DNA of 64,000 nt from an uncultured delta proteobacterium. GTDB lineage: Bacteria; Desulfobacterota; Binatia; UBA9968. Shown here in pieces: positions 1 through 10,103 of this stretch; the first letter of the stretch is position 1; each line of letters starts with the position of its first letter. The notes below the pieces were generated by a model. That model saw only the letters and a list, made by a program, of their open reading frames with translations. It made no database searches and was not told the origin of the DNA. Made by a program: the position numbers and the translations under genes. The stretch spans positions 32,001 through 96,000 of the forward strand of contig CAVUZH010000025.1 of NCBI GenBank assembly GCA_963745835.1. The letters run 5' to 3'.

Positions 1-17
1 TTTTCACGAGAGCTTAG

Positions 18-722
18 TTAAGACCTTACACACGAGTTTCCGGGTTGGTTTTCTAGCGCCGCAGCTAAACCCTCAGTGTCGTACTGTAGCAACAAATCCT
101 CCGCATTCCGGTAAATCGCCACGCAGCCGGCGCGGCGCAGTTCCTCCTGGGTCCAGCCGCCGCACAGTAAGCCAATCGTTTTTAAGTTTGCCTTGGAAGC
201 AGCCTGCGCATCGTAGGGTGTGTCGCCGATCACGACGGCATTTTCGGCCGCTACGCCTTTTAAACGAGCCAGGGCTGCCTGGAAGATATCCGGGTACGGC
301 TTGGATCTATCGGCGTCATCGGACGAAGTTTCACTTTCGATCAGATCGTCGATTCGAGCAATTTTCTTGTACACGTCGAGTTCATCCGCCTTAGCGGAGG
401 AGGCCAGGACGATTTGTTTGCCGTCTTTCTTTATTCGCTGGAACAATTCCCGCACTCTCGGAAATGCTTGTACGCGGGGCAAATAATCTTTTTTAAATAT
501 CTCACTACGGTATTCGTCCAGATCTTCACCGAATTGATCCAGCTCTTCCTTCGAGAGAAAAACCGGCAGCAATTGGTCGGAGCCCTTGCCGATTTGGCGG
601 CGGACCTCGTGAAATGGAAAGTTCTTGCCGAACTTTTCGAAAGCAACTCTCCAGGCTTCGGCATGCAGACCGACGGAATCGACGATGGTGCCGTCAACGT
701 CGAATATCACGGCTTGTAGCAT
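18..722 (-). CDS. HAD-superfamily hydrolase (phosphatase / beta-PGM-like)
   Basis: Motif I FDVDGT, SKPYPD and GDTPYD motifs. Confidence 0.9.
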   Translation of the reverse strand: MLQAVIFDVDGTIVDSVGLHAEAWRVAFEKFGKNFPFHEVRRQIGKGSDQLLPVFLSKEELDQFGEDLDEYRSEIFKKDYLPRVQAFPRVRELFQRIKKDGKQIVLASSAKADELDVYKKIARIDDLIESETSSDDADRSKPYPDIFQAALARLKGVAAENAVVIGDTPYDAQAASKANLKTIGLLCGGWTQEELRRAGCVAIYRNAEDLLLQYDTEGLAAALENQPGNSCVRS

Positions 723-861
723 TTGTTCAGCGTACGTGCTGCCGGCGAGACACTGTCTTTGGCTTGTGCCAAGAACGAAACAGGAGAGGATGATGGCGTT
801 CGGTATTGAGACAGACGAAGCAGGCTAATGTTTGCTGCTTCGTCTGTCCGACGATTCAGGT

Positions 862-939
862 TTAGCGCAATCCTAAATAGCCCAAGATAAACAACACCAC
901 GACGATGACGCCGATGATATAAAAAATATTTCCAGGCAT
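862..939 (-). CDS. 25-aa single-TM small membrane protein (MPGNIFYIIGVIVVVLFILGYLGLR)
   Basis: Read manually. AAGGAGG RBS at 947-953, ATG 7 nt downstream, hydrophobic helix, TAA stop. Too short for the ORF track. Confidence 0.75.
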   Translation of the reverse strand: MPGNIFYIIGVIVVVLFILGYLGLR

Positions 940-1172
940 GACCGATCCTCCTTAGTAGTTGATTTTCCTGAACCCACCCCAGAGGTTCCGAACTCTGCAG
1001 GCGAACGCAGGCAAAATAGTTGCGACAGATCCGAGACTACGTGACTTATTTTCAGCAATTGATATGCCACGAGTGAAATTCACAATTCCCGATCTGAGCC
1101 TACATCGAGGCGAGTTCACGACTCGACTAAACCAGGAGTACCGTGTCTTAAATAAAAAAGAGCGTCACGAAA

Positions 1173-3119
1173 TCAACTTTGATCGACGTTCGCGAGATTG
1201 ATGGCGTGCTTCGAGGCTGAACTCCATTCGGCAACTACAAGCGCGACGCCGAGAAGAATGCCGGCGGCATTCGCTCCGAGCCAAAGGGAAGTAGACGCCG
1301 ATGGAATTAGTAACAGTCCGGCCGCTATCATCAGGATTCGTTTCGTCCAGCCTAGCCAATGGAAGAGATAACCCGCCACGCCAACACTCAAGAAAACGAC
1401 GCCGATCACCGCCGTGATAATCGCCGCGCCGATTTCTACTATCGTGCCTTTGAAGAGCAACGCCGGATGAAAGACAAAAACGAAGGGAACTATATAAGCG
1501 ACGATGCCCAGTCTCATGCCGGTCCAGCCGGATTTCCAAAAGTCGGCGCGCGCAATCGACGCCGCCGCGTAAGTCGCGATGCAATCGGGCGGAGTAATCA
1601 GCGACAGCATGCCGAAGTAAAAGAAGAAAAGGTGCGCGGCCAGCGGCGGGATGCCAACTTGTACCAGCGCTGGGCCGACCAGCACCGCAAGCATGATGTA
1701 GACAACCGTCGTTGGCAGCGACATTCCGAGAATGATCGAAACTACTGCCGTAAGGATCAAGAGAATTATGGTACTGCCGCCGGCCATCTTGACCAGTAGC
1801 AGCGCCAGCTTGAACGTCAGGCCGGAAAGTTGGAAAGCGCCAATGACCAGTCCCGCGAGCGCGGTCACCACGGCGATGTCCAGAAGTATCTTGCCGGTTC
1901 CTTCGATGCTATCGAGAATGCTCTTGAGGCTCGGCCGTGTTTCCTTTTGCAGCGCGCCAACGAGAAACGTCGCGATTACTGCCGCCATGCCGGCTTTACC
2001 CGGTTCCCAAAAGGCGAACATGAGGGTGTAAACCAGCACCGCAAGTGGAAGCAGAAAAACCCAGCCTCGTTTGATTACGTCGCGGAACTTGGGAATCTCG
2101 CTTTCCGGCATGCCCACGAGCCCCAGCTTGGCGGCTTCCAGATCGATCTGAGTGAACAAGGCGGCATAGTAGAGACAAGCGGGGATGGCCGCGGCAAGGG
2201 CAACTTCGCCGTAGGATATGTTTAGGAACTCGGCCATCAGAAACGCCGCCACACCCATAACGGGCGGCATAATCTGGCCGCCGTTGGATGCGACCGCCTC
2301 GATAGCTGCGGCGACATGGGGCGGATAGCCGCTCTTTTTCATCATCGGAATGGTGATGGCGCCATCGACGACAACGTTGGCCACGGCACTGCCGGACACT
2401 GTGCCAAAGAGAGTCGAGGAGACAACGGCAACTTTAGCAGTTCCGCCGCGAAAACGCCCCATGAGCACAAGAGCAATATCGGTGAGAAACTTATCGCCGC
2501 CGACTGCATACAGCGCTTGGCCGAAAAAGATGAAAGCGACGATTACGCTGGCCGCGACATCCAATGGCAAGCCGAAGATGCCACTGGAATCTAAATAAAG
2601 ATAAGTGACGAGCCGTTGCCAGCTAGAGCCATTGGCGTTCAATATGCCGGGGAAGAGGTAGGCGAATTTGGCGTAGAGAATAATCGGCACGGTGATCCAC
2701 ACCAGCGCCCAGCCCACTACGCGGCGTGTCGCTTCGAGAATCAAGAGAATCGCTATGCCGCCCAGTATCCAGCGCTCGGGCGAGAGAACTCCCAAGCGGT
2801 AGGCGATGACCGGGTACATGACTGTGACATACCCACCCACGGTCAAGCCGGCGATCGCCAAGAGCCAGTCGTGCCAAGGGATCACATCGTCAGGATCGGA
2901 CGCGCGCGCTTTGACGTTGATAAAAATGCTCGCGAGCACAAGAGCGAAGAAGAGCCCGAGATATTGTTCTTTAAAAAATGTCCACGAGAGTGCGTCGTGA
3001 ATCTCGAGCGCCCAAAGCGCGCCTAAAAACGTCAGGGCACAAAGCAGCAGACGCGCCAACTTCGCCGGCGCTCCGGGGAGAGATCTGAATTTGCTTGTCG
3101 GCGCGAAGTCGTCACTCAT
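1173..3119 (-). CDS. TRAP transporter fused permease (TAXI-associated 4TM/12TM type)
   Basis: 648-aa polytopic protein with GSAVANVV, EAVASNGGQIMPPVMG, LGMSLPT and ITPP motifs. Confidence 0.92.
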   Translation of the reverse strand: MSDDFAPTSKFRSLPGAPAKLARLLLCALTFLGALWALEIHDALSWTFFKEQYLGLFFALVLASIFINVKARASDPDDVIPWHDWLLAIAGLTVGGYVTVMYPVIAYRLGVLSPERWILGGIAILLILEATRRVVGWALVWITVPIILYAKFAYLFPGILNANGSSWQRLVTYLYLDSSGIFGLPLDVAASVIVAFIFFGQALYAVGGDKFLTDIALVLMGRFRGGTAKVAVVSSTLFGTVSGSAVANVVVDGAITIPMMKKSGYPPHVAAAIEAVASNGGQIMPPVMGVAAFLMAEFLNISYGEVALAAAIPACLYYAALFTQIDLEAAKLGLVGMPESEIPKFRDVIKRGWVFLLPLAVLVYTLMFAFWEPGKAGMAAVIATFLVGALQKETRPSLKSILDSIEGTGKILLDIAVVTALAGLVIGAFQLSGLTFKLALLLVKMAGGSTIILLILTAVVSIILGMSLPTTVVYIMLAVLVGPALVQVGIPPLAAHLFFFYFGMLSLITPPDCIATYAAASIARADFWKSGWTGMRLGIVAYIVPFVFVFHPALLFKGTIVEIGAAIITAVIGVVFLSVGVAGYLFHWLGWTKRILMIAAGLLLIPSASTSLWLGANAAGILLGVALVVAEWSSASKHAINLANVDQS

Positions 3120-3217
3120 TACAATCGCTAAAATCGTTTCAAGTTTTTAATTTTCGAGCACGCGCCGATTCCAAACGTTTCAACGTTCAACAAGCTTCAC
3201 CCGCGACCAAAGTGAGT

Positions 3218-4258
3218 CTAGGAATTCATTGCCAACAGGCGCTTTTGGGTTTCGTCCATCTTGGTTGGCCAAGCGTTCTTCTCCTTGTAAAACGGTATTG
3301 CCGCCGGATGGTAAGGTATGGTCGCATCGAGAGTGACAGCGCGCTCGCGTGTCCACTCCTGGAGGGAGGGGTGTAGGAGCGCGAGCTTGTCGGTGTTGTC
3401 CCAGATCGATTTCAAGGCCGCGTGGACTATGTCATTGCTCAACGCTTTATGACCGACGAGGTACATGTCGTAGGCTTGCACGCAGGTATCGCCGACGATG
3501 CCGTTGGAGATGCCGGATTTTAATATCGTCAGATAGTAACCCGGAACCGCTTTTTTAAGGCGTGCCTCGCCTTGGGGCGAGCAGTCGAGCGCCACAAAGC
3601 GCACGCCGATGGCGGCGTCGGCTTCTTTGACTTTGGCCGAACCGACGGTGTGGTTGCTCACGTCGGCGCGTCCCTGAATCAGGGCGTCAATGCCTTCGTT
3701 AACCGCCGGGACCGGCACGACTTTAACATCATCCCAGGTCAAATTGCCGGTGGACAACGAGCCATAGACACTGAACCATACGGCGAGGTGCGCGGGATAT
3801 TCGCCAGTGACCCGCTTGCCTTTGACATCATTGACGGTTTTCACTGGACCGTCTTTGCGCGAGACCAGACTTGTCAGCAGCGGCGAACCGCGCATGATGA
3901 GTCGAGCATTGGGCGTGTATGGCAGCGGGTTTCGACCGCCGATTTTCAATTTTGGACCCTGATAGGCCATGGCCATGTCAACGGCGTTGATGATGCCAAA
4001 GTCGAGTTCGCCGTTATCTAACATCGGCAAAAAGGTGCTGCTGCCTGTATAGGGCTGGACCATCGCCTGCATCGGTCCGGCGCCGCTGATTACCTTTGCA
4101 AGACCACTCGCCACTGAATAGAAAAGGCTACCCGCAGGATTGGTGCCGATGATTGTCGATGCGGGGAGCTTCTGCGCCTGGGCCGGCGCAGATACAAGTA
4201 AAAACGTTGCGGTGCTGACAGTGATGAAAAGATCGCGAATGTTACGTCCCGTACGCAT
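3218..4258 (-). CDS. TAXI-family TRAP solute-binding protein
   Basis: Signal peptide, GTNPAGSLFY N-terminal motif, C-terminal IPYHPAA. Confidence 0.9.
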   Translation of the reverse strand: MRTGRNIRDLFITVSTATFLLVSAPAQAQKLPASTIIGTNPAGSLFYSVASGLAKVISGAGPMQAMVQPYTGSSTFLPMLDNGELDFGIINAVDMAMAYQGPKLKIGGRNPLPYTPNARLIMRGSPLLTSLVSRKDGPVKTVNDVKGKRVTGEYPAHLAVWFSVYGSLSTGNLTWDDVKVVPVPAVNEGIDALIQGRADVSNHTVGSAKVKEADAAIGVRFVALDCSPQGEARLKKAVPGYYLTILKSGISNGIVGDTCVQAYDMYLVGHKALSNDIVHAALKSIWDNTDKLALLHPSLQEWTRERAVTLDATIPYHPAAIPFYKEKNAWPTKMDETQKRLLAMNS

Positions 4259-4312
4259 AAAAATTCCCCGCGTTGCCGTTTGAAGATTCTCAGGTTGTCG
4301 AACTGCGAGTTT

Positions 4313-5356
4313 TTAGTTTAGAGACAATAGCTTTTTCTGCACCTCATCCATTTTGGCCGACCATGCGCCGTTCTCTTTGAAGAAGCGAATCGCGGCCGGA
4401 TGATATGGGATGGTGACTTCCGGGTCGACAGCCCGTGCCTGGGTCCACTCAGCGAAACCCGGATGAAACTGCGGGAGCTTTTCGACATTGACCCAGATTG
4501 CTTGCAGGGCGGAGCGCACGACGACGTCGGGCAGCGCCTTGTGGCCGACAAAGTAAATGTCGTAGGTGTAAGCGCAAGTGTCTTCGACGATGCCGGTTGA
4601 CGAACCCGCTTTGACGACGGAGAGATAATACCCCGGCACAGCTTTTTTGATCCGCTCTTCGCCTTGCTTGGAGCAGTCGAGCGGAATATACCGAATACCC
4701 ACGGAAGCGTCCGCCTCCCGTACTTTCGCGGAGCCAATGGCATGGGTGGTCACGTCGGCGCGTCCCTGAACGAGAGCGTCGACGCCTTCGTTCACCGCCG
4801 GAACCGGGACCACCTTCACATCCTTCCATGTCAAGCCGGCGTTGGAGAGGGAACCGAATACGTTGTACCAGACGGCAAGCTGCGCCGGATACTCGCCGGT
4901 CACCCGTTTGCCTTTGACTTCACCAATGCTTTTTATCGGCGAGTCCTTCTTGACGATCAAGCTGCTGCGCAATGGCGAGCCGCGCATGATGAGGCGGGAA
5001 TTGGGCGTGTGCGGAAACGGATTTCTGCCGCCGATCTGCAAACGCTTCGGTCCCTGGTAGGCAAGACCCATGTCGACCGCGTTGACGACGCCGAGATCGA
5101 GTTCACCGGAATCGAGCAAGGGTAAAAATGTACTGGTGCCGGAGTAGGGCTGAACTTGGGTTTGAACGCTGGTTGAATCGCTGATGACCTTGGCTAGGCC
5201 GCTAGCCAACGCATAAAACAGCGACCCTGGCGGGTTGGAACCGATGGCTGCGGATTTAGGAAGCTGTTGGGCGTTCGCTACGCCCCCGAGAAGCACGAGC
5301 GGTAATAACGTGGTCATTAGGAACCGATATAGATTCGATCGGGCATTCATTGCCAA
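4313..5356 (-). CDS. TAXI-family TRAP solute-binding protein (paralog)
   Basis: Same motifs (GSNPPGSLFY, IPYHPAA) and long identical stretches with 3218..4258. Confidence 0.9.
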   Translation of the reverse strand: MAMNARSNLYRFLMTTLLPLVLLGGVANAQQLPKSAAIGSNPPGSLFYALASGLAKVISDSTSVQTQVQPYSGTSTFLPLLDSGELDLGVVNAVDMGLAYQGPKRLQIGGRNPFPHTPNSRLIMRGSPLRSSLIVKKDSPIKSIGEVKGKRVTGEYPAQLAVWYNVFGSLSNAGLTWKDVKVVPVPAVNEGVDALVQGRADVTTHAIGSAKVREADASVGIRYIPLDCSKQGEERIKKAVPGYYLSVVKAGSSTGIVEDTCAYTYDIYFVGHKALPDVVVRSALQAIWVNVEKLPQFHPGFAEWTQARAVDPEVTIPYHPAAIRFFKENGAWSAKMDEVQKKLLSLN

Positions 5357-5480
5357 TAATCCTCCTTCGCTGCCGCTAATCCAATTGGCGCGTTTTGCCG
5401 TGCCGGATGAAATTTCACATCAGCATTCTTGCGTTTCGATTTTCAGAGCATCGATGGCGCCAGGGAATTTATTTGCTGCC

Positions 5481-6506
5481 TTATTTCGCCTCGGGGATTT
5501 CCACCTTACCGACGCGCTTGATGGCGTCGGCGAGCATCTTGGCATCCTTGTCCCAGAATTTCTGAAACTCGGGCGCGTCAAGATAGGCGATCGGCGTCTC
5601 TAATTTTTCCATAGCCGATTTGAACTCGGGTGTGTTCACCGCCTGCTTTACAGTATCGCGAATTGTTTTCATCACGGCAGCCGGCGTTCCTCTTGGCGCA
5701 AACAGCCCGGCCCAGATGTAAAATTCGACATCGTATCCAAGCTCCTTGAAAGTCGGCACATCAGGAAGGGAATCGACCCTCTTCGCGCCCCATCCGGCCA
5801 ACGGTCGCAGCTTGCCTCCCTTGATGTGTGGGATCACCACTGCCGGTCCTGAGGCGAGGGTGTCGACATGTCCTCCGAGAATCGCCGTGAGCGCCGGTCC
5901 CGCTCCGGCATAAGGAACGTGCTTCAATTTGATGCCTGCGGAATGAGAGAGCATCTCCATCGCCATGTGCAACGTCCCGTACACACCAGAGGAAGAAAAA
6001 GAAATATCCGCCGGACGTTTTTTGGCATCTTCGACAAATTCTTTAACGTTTTTCCATGGCCGACTCGCGCTCACAACCAAAATCGTCGGATCAGCGGAAA
6101 TCAACGCGATCGGAATGAGCTGGTCCATGGAATAGGCGGGTTTGCGGTCGAAGAGCTTATCCGCCTCTGGAATAATGGAGATGCTTGAGAGAGCCATAAG
6201 CAGGTTGTATCCGTCAGGCTTGCTATTGGCAACGAAAGACATTCCGACAGCGCCAGCCGCTCCAGTCTTGTTCACGACCACCACCGGGTTTTTCAAAACC
6301 TTTTCCATCGCGGCGGCAACCGGCCGAGCCGTCAGATCGGCAACCCCCCCGGGAGGGAATGGAGCTACGATGGTAATCGGACGGTTCGGGTATTTTTCTT
6401 GGGCCGGCGATTCAGCGATCAGAGCGAAGAACTGAACCAACAAAAATGAGAGAAAGTGAACCCAGCGCGACCGCGGCAGAATAGCTGGACTATAATTGTT
6501 TGTCAT
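5481..6506 (-). CDS. tctC: Tripartite tricarboxylate transporter substrate-binding protein (TctC/Bug)
   Basis: YPNRPITIVAPFPPGGVAD, NKTGAAG, HVPYAGAG and PDVPTFKE motifs. Confidence 0.92.
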   Translation of the reverse strand: MTNNYSPAILPRSRWVHFLSFLLVQFFALIAESPAQEKYPNRPITIVAPFPPGGVADLTARPVAAAMEKVLKNPVVVVNKTGAAGAVGMSFVANSKPDGYNLLMALSSISIIPEADKLFDRKPAYSMDQLIPIALISADPTILVVSASRPWKNVKEFVEDAKKRPADISFSSSGVYGTLHMAMEMLSHSAGIKLKHVPYAGAGPALTAILGGHVDTLASGPAVVIPHIKGGKLRPLAGWGAKRVDSLPDVPTFKELGYDVEFYIWAGLFAPRGTPAAVMKTIRDTVKQAVNTPEFKSAMEKLETPIAYLDAPEFQKFWDKDAKMLADAIKRVGKVEIPEAK

Positions 6507-6529
6507 TGTTCACCTCCCATAGACGAGAT

Positions 6530-8056
6530 TCAGGTGCTGTCCTTTGCCGCGAATCCAAGCCGCTGCCGCCAATCCAGCCGCTTCATAAGAAACGGACGGG
6601 CGGCTAATAACAGCAGCGACAATCCAACGATAAGCATCACCAAGGCAATCGGCCGGTTAAGGAAGATAGCGTAGCTGCCAGACGACATCGCGAGCGACTG
6701 ACGAAAGCTCATCTCCATCATCGGCGCCAGGATAAGTCCCAATACTACCGGCGCGGTATCGAAGTCAAATTTGCGCAGCATGTAACCGAGAGCGCCCATC
6801 ACTGTCATGATCCCGATATCGACGACGCTGCCATTGACCGCATAGACACCGATAAGACAGAAAATGAGAATTGCCGGATACAGAAGAGGATATGGAATTC
6901 TTAAAACACTGACAAAAATCCCGACCAGCGGCAGATTCAAGATCAAGAGCACTAAATTGCCAACGTACATGCTGGCGATGAAACCCCAGAAGAGCTCCGG
7001 TTGCTGGGCGATTAAAAGAGGACCCGGCGAAATGCCATGCACCATCATAGCCGCAATCATCACGGCAGGGATCGGCCCGGAAGGCACACCCAAGGCGAGC
7101 ATAGGAACGAAGGCTCCTGATGTCGCCGCGTTGTTGGCCGATTCCGGTCCCGCTACTCCCTCGATGGCGCCATGACCGAAGCGCTCAGGATGTTTGGAAA
7201 GGCGCCGCTCCATCGCATACGAAACGAACGAGGCGATAATGTGCGCCGAGCCCGGTATGATGCCAATCAAAAAACCCAAGACGGTCCCTCTACCGAGCGG
7301 CCAGAGTGAAGCGCGCCATTCCTCGCCCGAGGGGAGAAGCTCTTTCAACCGGGGCTGTTTGACTTGGGGCGCGGACGGCTGTCCTGCGGTCAGCAGAATT
7401 TCTGAAATCCCAAACAGCCCCACTGCGACTGGAACAACTCCGATGCCGTCACCAAGCTCGATCAATCCATAGCTAAAACGAACGAATCCGGTCATGGGAT
7501 CGATGCCGATCATGCCGAGAAGCAATCCCAGGGTTGCCATGGCCAGCGACTTGAGCATGGAGCCGCCGCTCATGTAGGCGAGGACCAAGAGTCCGAGAAG
7601 CAGAAGGGCGAAATATTCAGGCGGTCCGAAGCGGAGCGCAAAGCTCGCTAAAGGCGGCGCCAAAAGCATGAGACCGACGATGCTGGCGGTACCGGCTATA
7701 TAGGAAGCCACCGCTGCAATGGCCAAAGCGGCGCCGGCCCGTCCTTTGCGCGTCATCTCATAACCGTCGATACAGGTCATGACCGAAGCTGCTTCACCCG
7801 GGATGCGCATCAGTATTGAGGTCGTGGATCCTCCATACATGGCTCCGTAGTAGATTCCCGCCAGAAGCACGATGGCCGAAGTCGCATCGAGACCGAACGA
7901 TACGGGCAGGAGCAAACTGATGCCCGCAAGCGGACCCACGCCTGGCAAGACACCTACGAGCGTTCCAATGACGCAACCGACAAAGGCGTAGAGCAGGACA
8001 TTGGGGGCAAGAGCGACTGAAAAGCCAATATAAAGATTGTGCAGAGTTTCAGTCAT
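6530..8056 (-). CDS. tctA: Tripartite tricarboxylate transporter permease TctA
   Basis: GVLPGVGP, YGAMYGGSTTSILMRIPGE and GVAGPESANNA signatures. Confidence 0.95.
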   Translation of the reverse strand: MTETLHNLYIGFSVALAPNVLLYAFVGCVIGTLVGVLPGVGPLAGISLLLPVSFGLDATSAIVLLAGIYYGAMYGGSTTSILMRIPGEAASVMTCIDGYEMTRKGRAGAALAIAAVASYIAGTASIVGLMLLAPPLASFALRFGPPEYFALLLLGLLVLAYMSGGSMLKSLAMATLGLLLGMIGIDPMTGFVRFSYGLIELGDGIGVVPVAVGLFGISEILLTAGQPSAPQVKQPRLKELLPSGEEWRASLWPLGRGTVLGFLIGIIPGSAHIIASFVSYAMERRLSKHPERFGHGAIEGVAGPESANNAATSGAFVPMLALGVPSGPIPAVMIAAMMVHGISPGPLLIAQQPELFWGFIASMYVGNLVLLILNLPLVGIFVSVLRIPYPLLYPAILIFCLIGVYAVNGSVVDIGIMTVMGALGYMLRKFDFDTAPVVLGLILAPMMEMSFRQSLAMSSGSYAIFLNRPIALVMLIVGLSLLLLAARPFLMKRLDWRQRLGFAAKDST

Positions 8057-8381
8057 CGATGTTGACGATTCAATTCACCTTACTAGTCTCTTCCTGAACG
8101 GTTGAGGGAGTTGAACCCGGATTTGGTAATTCAAAATGACACTGCGATCGAGGGCGAGCCCTCCGGAGCGAAGGCAATGCGCCTCTGGCTGATAGCGGCC
8201 CGCAAGCTCCAGTGTTTTAGCCGACACCTGAAACAATTGTCGACCTAAGGCCAATTACCCATAGACGGTCTTGAATTGTTGGTTTCGATGCCTTCGCTCC
8301 TCCAGAGTCTCCCTCGATCGCTGTACAGTTCTCCCTCTACCGCGGAGTCCGAATTGCATTTTGCGCAAGATGAGCTCCCCT

Positions 8382-8822
8382 TCAGAATCCGAATGGTCCT
8401 TGCGGCAGGGGCACTCGCAGGACGGTATAGAAAAGGAAGAAGGAACCAAAAGACAACGTAAAGGCAAACGATAAAGACACTATCCAACTGCGCTGCTCCA
8501 GCAGTTTAACTAGAAAACCCAACACGAGCAGCACAGTGAGGCGGTAACCAAGACGCTCAATGGCGAAAACGGAAAAGAGGGATGCCGCCAATATCGCCAG
8601 GGCATGACGCCATTCGGTCCAGCTAATGGATGATAATGACGGAGCGCGACTGCTGGTGAGCACAAGGAAAACTGCGAACATCAGAAGAAGCAAAGCCAGC
8701 AGGATAGGAATGAAGGCGGGGCCGGGTTGGCGGAATGTTCCGAGCGGAAGCTGACGGCTCTCCCATATTACTAGAAGAGCGAAGATGATAAGGGCGATTG
8801 CCGAGGCCCGTTCGGTTGTCAT
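8382..8822 (-). CDS. tctB: TctB-family small membrane subunit
   Basis: 4 TM segments, PGPAFIP motif, C-terminal LRVPLPQG, upstream of tctA. Confidence 0.88.
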   Translation of the reverse strand: MTTERASAIALIIFALLVIWESRQLPLGTFRQPGPAFIPILLALLLLMFAVFLVLTSSRAPSLSSISWTEWRHALAILAASLFSVFAIERLGYRLTVLLVLGFLVKLLEQRSWIVSLSFAFTLSFGSFFLFYTVLRVPLPQGPFGF

Positions 8823-8867
8823 AGCGGCGCGAATCTTAACGAGCCGACTAGCGGTACGAACTTCCGT

Positions 8868-10022
8868 CTACTTTCCCCACAATTGTTTTGTCGCGATGCG
8901 CGCGCCTTCGGCCATGGCTTCAAATTTCGCCCATGCAATCTGCGGATCGCCGACACGCGGCCCTAGGCCGCAATCGGTGCCGGCCATGACGTTTTCCCGG
9001 CCAACGATCCTAGCATAACGCAGCAGACGCTCAGCGATGACCTCCGGGTGTTCGACGATGTCGGTTGCGTGGCCAACGACGCCGGGCACGATGACTTTGC
9101 TCTGCGGAAATTTCACATCTTCCCACACGCGCCACTCGTGCTCGTGGCGCGGGTTGGACGCCTCGATCGAGTAGGTGTTGGCGTTGACTTTAAGAATAAT
9201 GTCGACGATGTCTCGCAGCGGAATGTCGAACTTGTGCGGCCCATGGTAACTGCCCCAGCAGGTATGGAAGCGAACTTTCTCGGGCGGGATGTCTCTCAAG
9301 CCGTGATTGAGCGCATCGACGCGCAGTTCGGCGTAGCGGCGATATTCCGGCACCGACATTTGCGACATGAACTGCCAGCCGTCGGGCAAATCCGGATCGT
9401 CGATTTGCAGCAAAAATCCGGCATCGACGATCGCCTTGTACTCCTCGTGCATCGCGTCGGCGATGGCGACCAAATACGATTCGTCGTCGGGATAATAGTC
9501 GTTCTTCATCCAGTGCTCGATGGTGCCCGGCGCGATCGCCGGCAGAAAAGATTCTTCGTAGGATTGTCCTTGCAGGCCCGCTTTGAAGTCTTCGATCTCG
9601 GCTTGAAGCGAGGCATGACCGACGTATTTGAGCGGCCCATTGCAGAAGACTCTCTTGACGTTTTCGCCGCGAATGCCGCCCATGCGCCTGCGAAAATAAT
9701 CGCCGAACTCGACCATGTCCCGAGCGAAGATCGAAGAGACGTGATCTTCCGGTTTCGCTTCACGTTCGATGAAGCCGCTCAAGCGCTCCCGGGCGTAGCG
9801 CGAAAAGTTGGACTTGCCGACTTCGCCATCGTTGATGATATCGAGGCCGCAAGCCAACTGTTTCTTAACCACTTCGGCAACCGATTGGCGCACCCGCTGA
9901 GCGAAAGCGGCCTCATCGATGGGCTGGCCGCTGATTTTTGCTGAGTGCATCTGCTTTAGATCGTCGGGTTGGGGCAAGGCTCCGGCGTGGGTGGTCAGTA
10001 TTCGGTCAGTGCTGAATTTCAT
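8868..10022 (-). CDS. Cobalamin-independent methionine synthase II family / epoxyalkane:CoM transferase-like Zn enzyme
   Basis: ILTTHAGALP, LQIDDP, Zn ligands HTCWG and TDCG; single-barrel length (384 aa). Confidence 0.88.
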   Translation of the reverse strand: MKFSTDRILTTHAGALPQPDDLKQMHSAKISGQPIDEAAFAQRVRQSVAEVVKKQLACGLDIINDGEVGKSNFSRYARERLSGFIEREAKPEDHVSSIFARDMVEFGDYFRRRMGGIRGENVKRVFCNGPLKYVGHASLQAEIEDFKAGLQGQSYEESFLPAIAPGTIEHWMKNDYYPDDESYLVAIADAMHEEYKAIVDAGFLLQIDDPDLPDGWQFMSQMSVPEYRRYAELRVDALNHGLRDIPPEKVRFHTCWGSYHGPHKFDIPLRDIVDIILKVNANTYSIEASNPRHEHEWRVWEDVKFPQSKVIVPGVVGHATDIVEHPEVIAERLLRYARIVGRENVMAGTDCGLGPRVGDPQIAWAKFEAMAEGARIATKQLWGK

Positions 10023-10038
10023 TGTGCCTCCGAAGGAT

Positions 10039-10072
10039 CGTTCAAGCCGTTCAAAACGTTCAAGTGGTTCAA
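10039..10072. repeat. 9-nt-period GTTCAA intergenic repeat
   Basis: cgttcaagc cgttcaaaa cgttcaagt ggttcaa; related units at ~3136-3190, 15442-15594 and ~26113-26168. Confidence 0.7.
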
Positions 10073-10103
10073 TCCGCGAGAATTATAATTTTGTCTACAT
10101 CCT

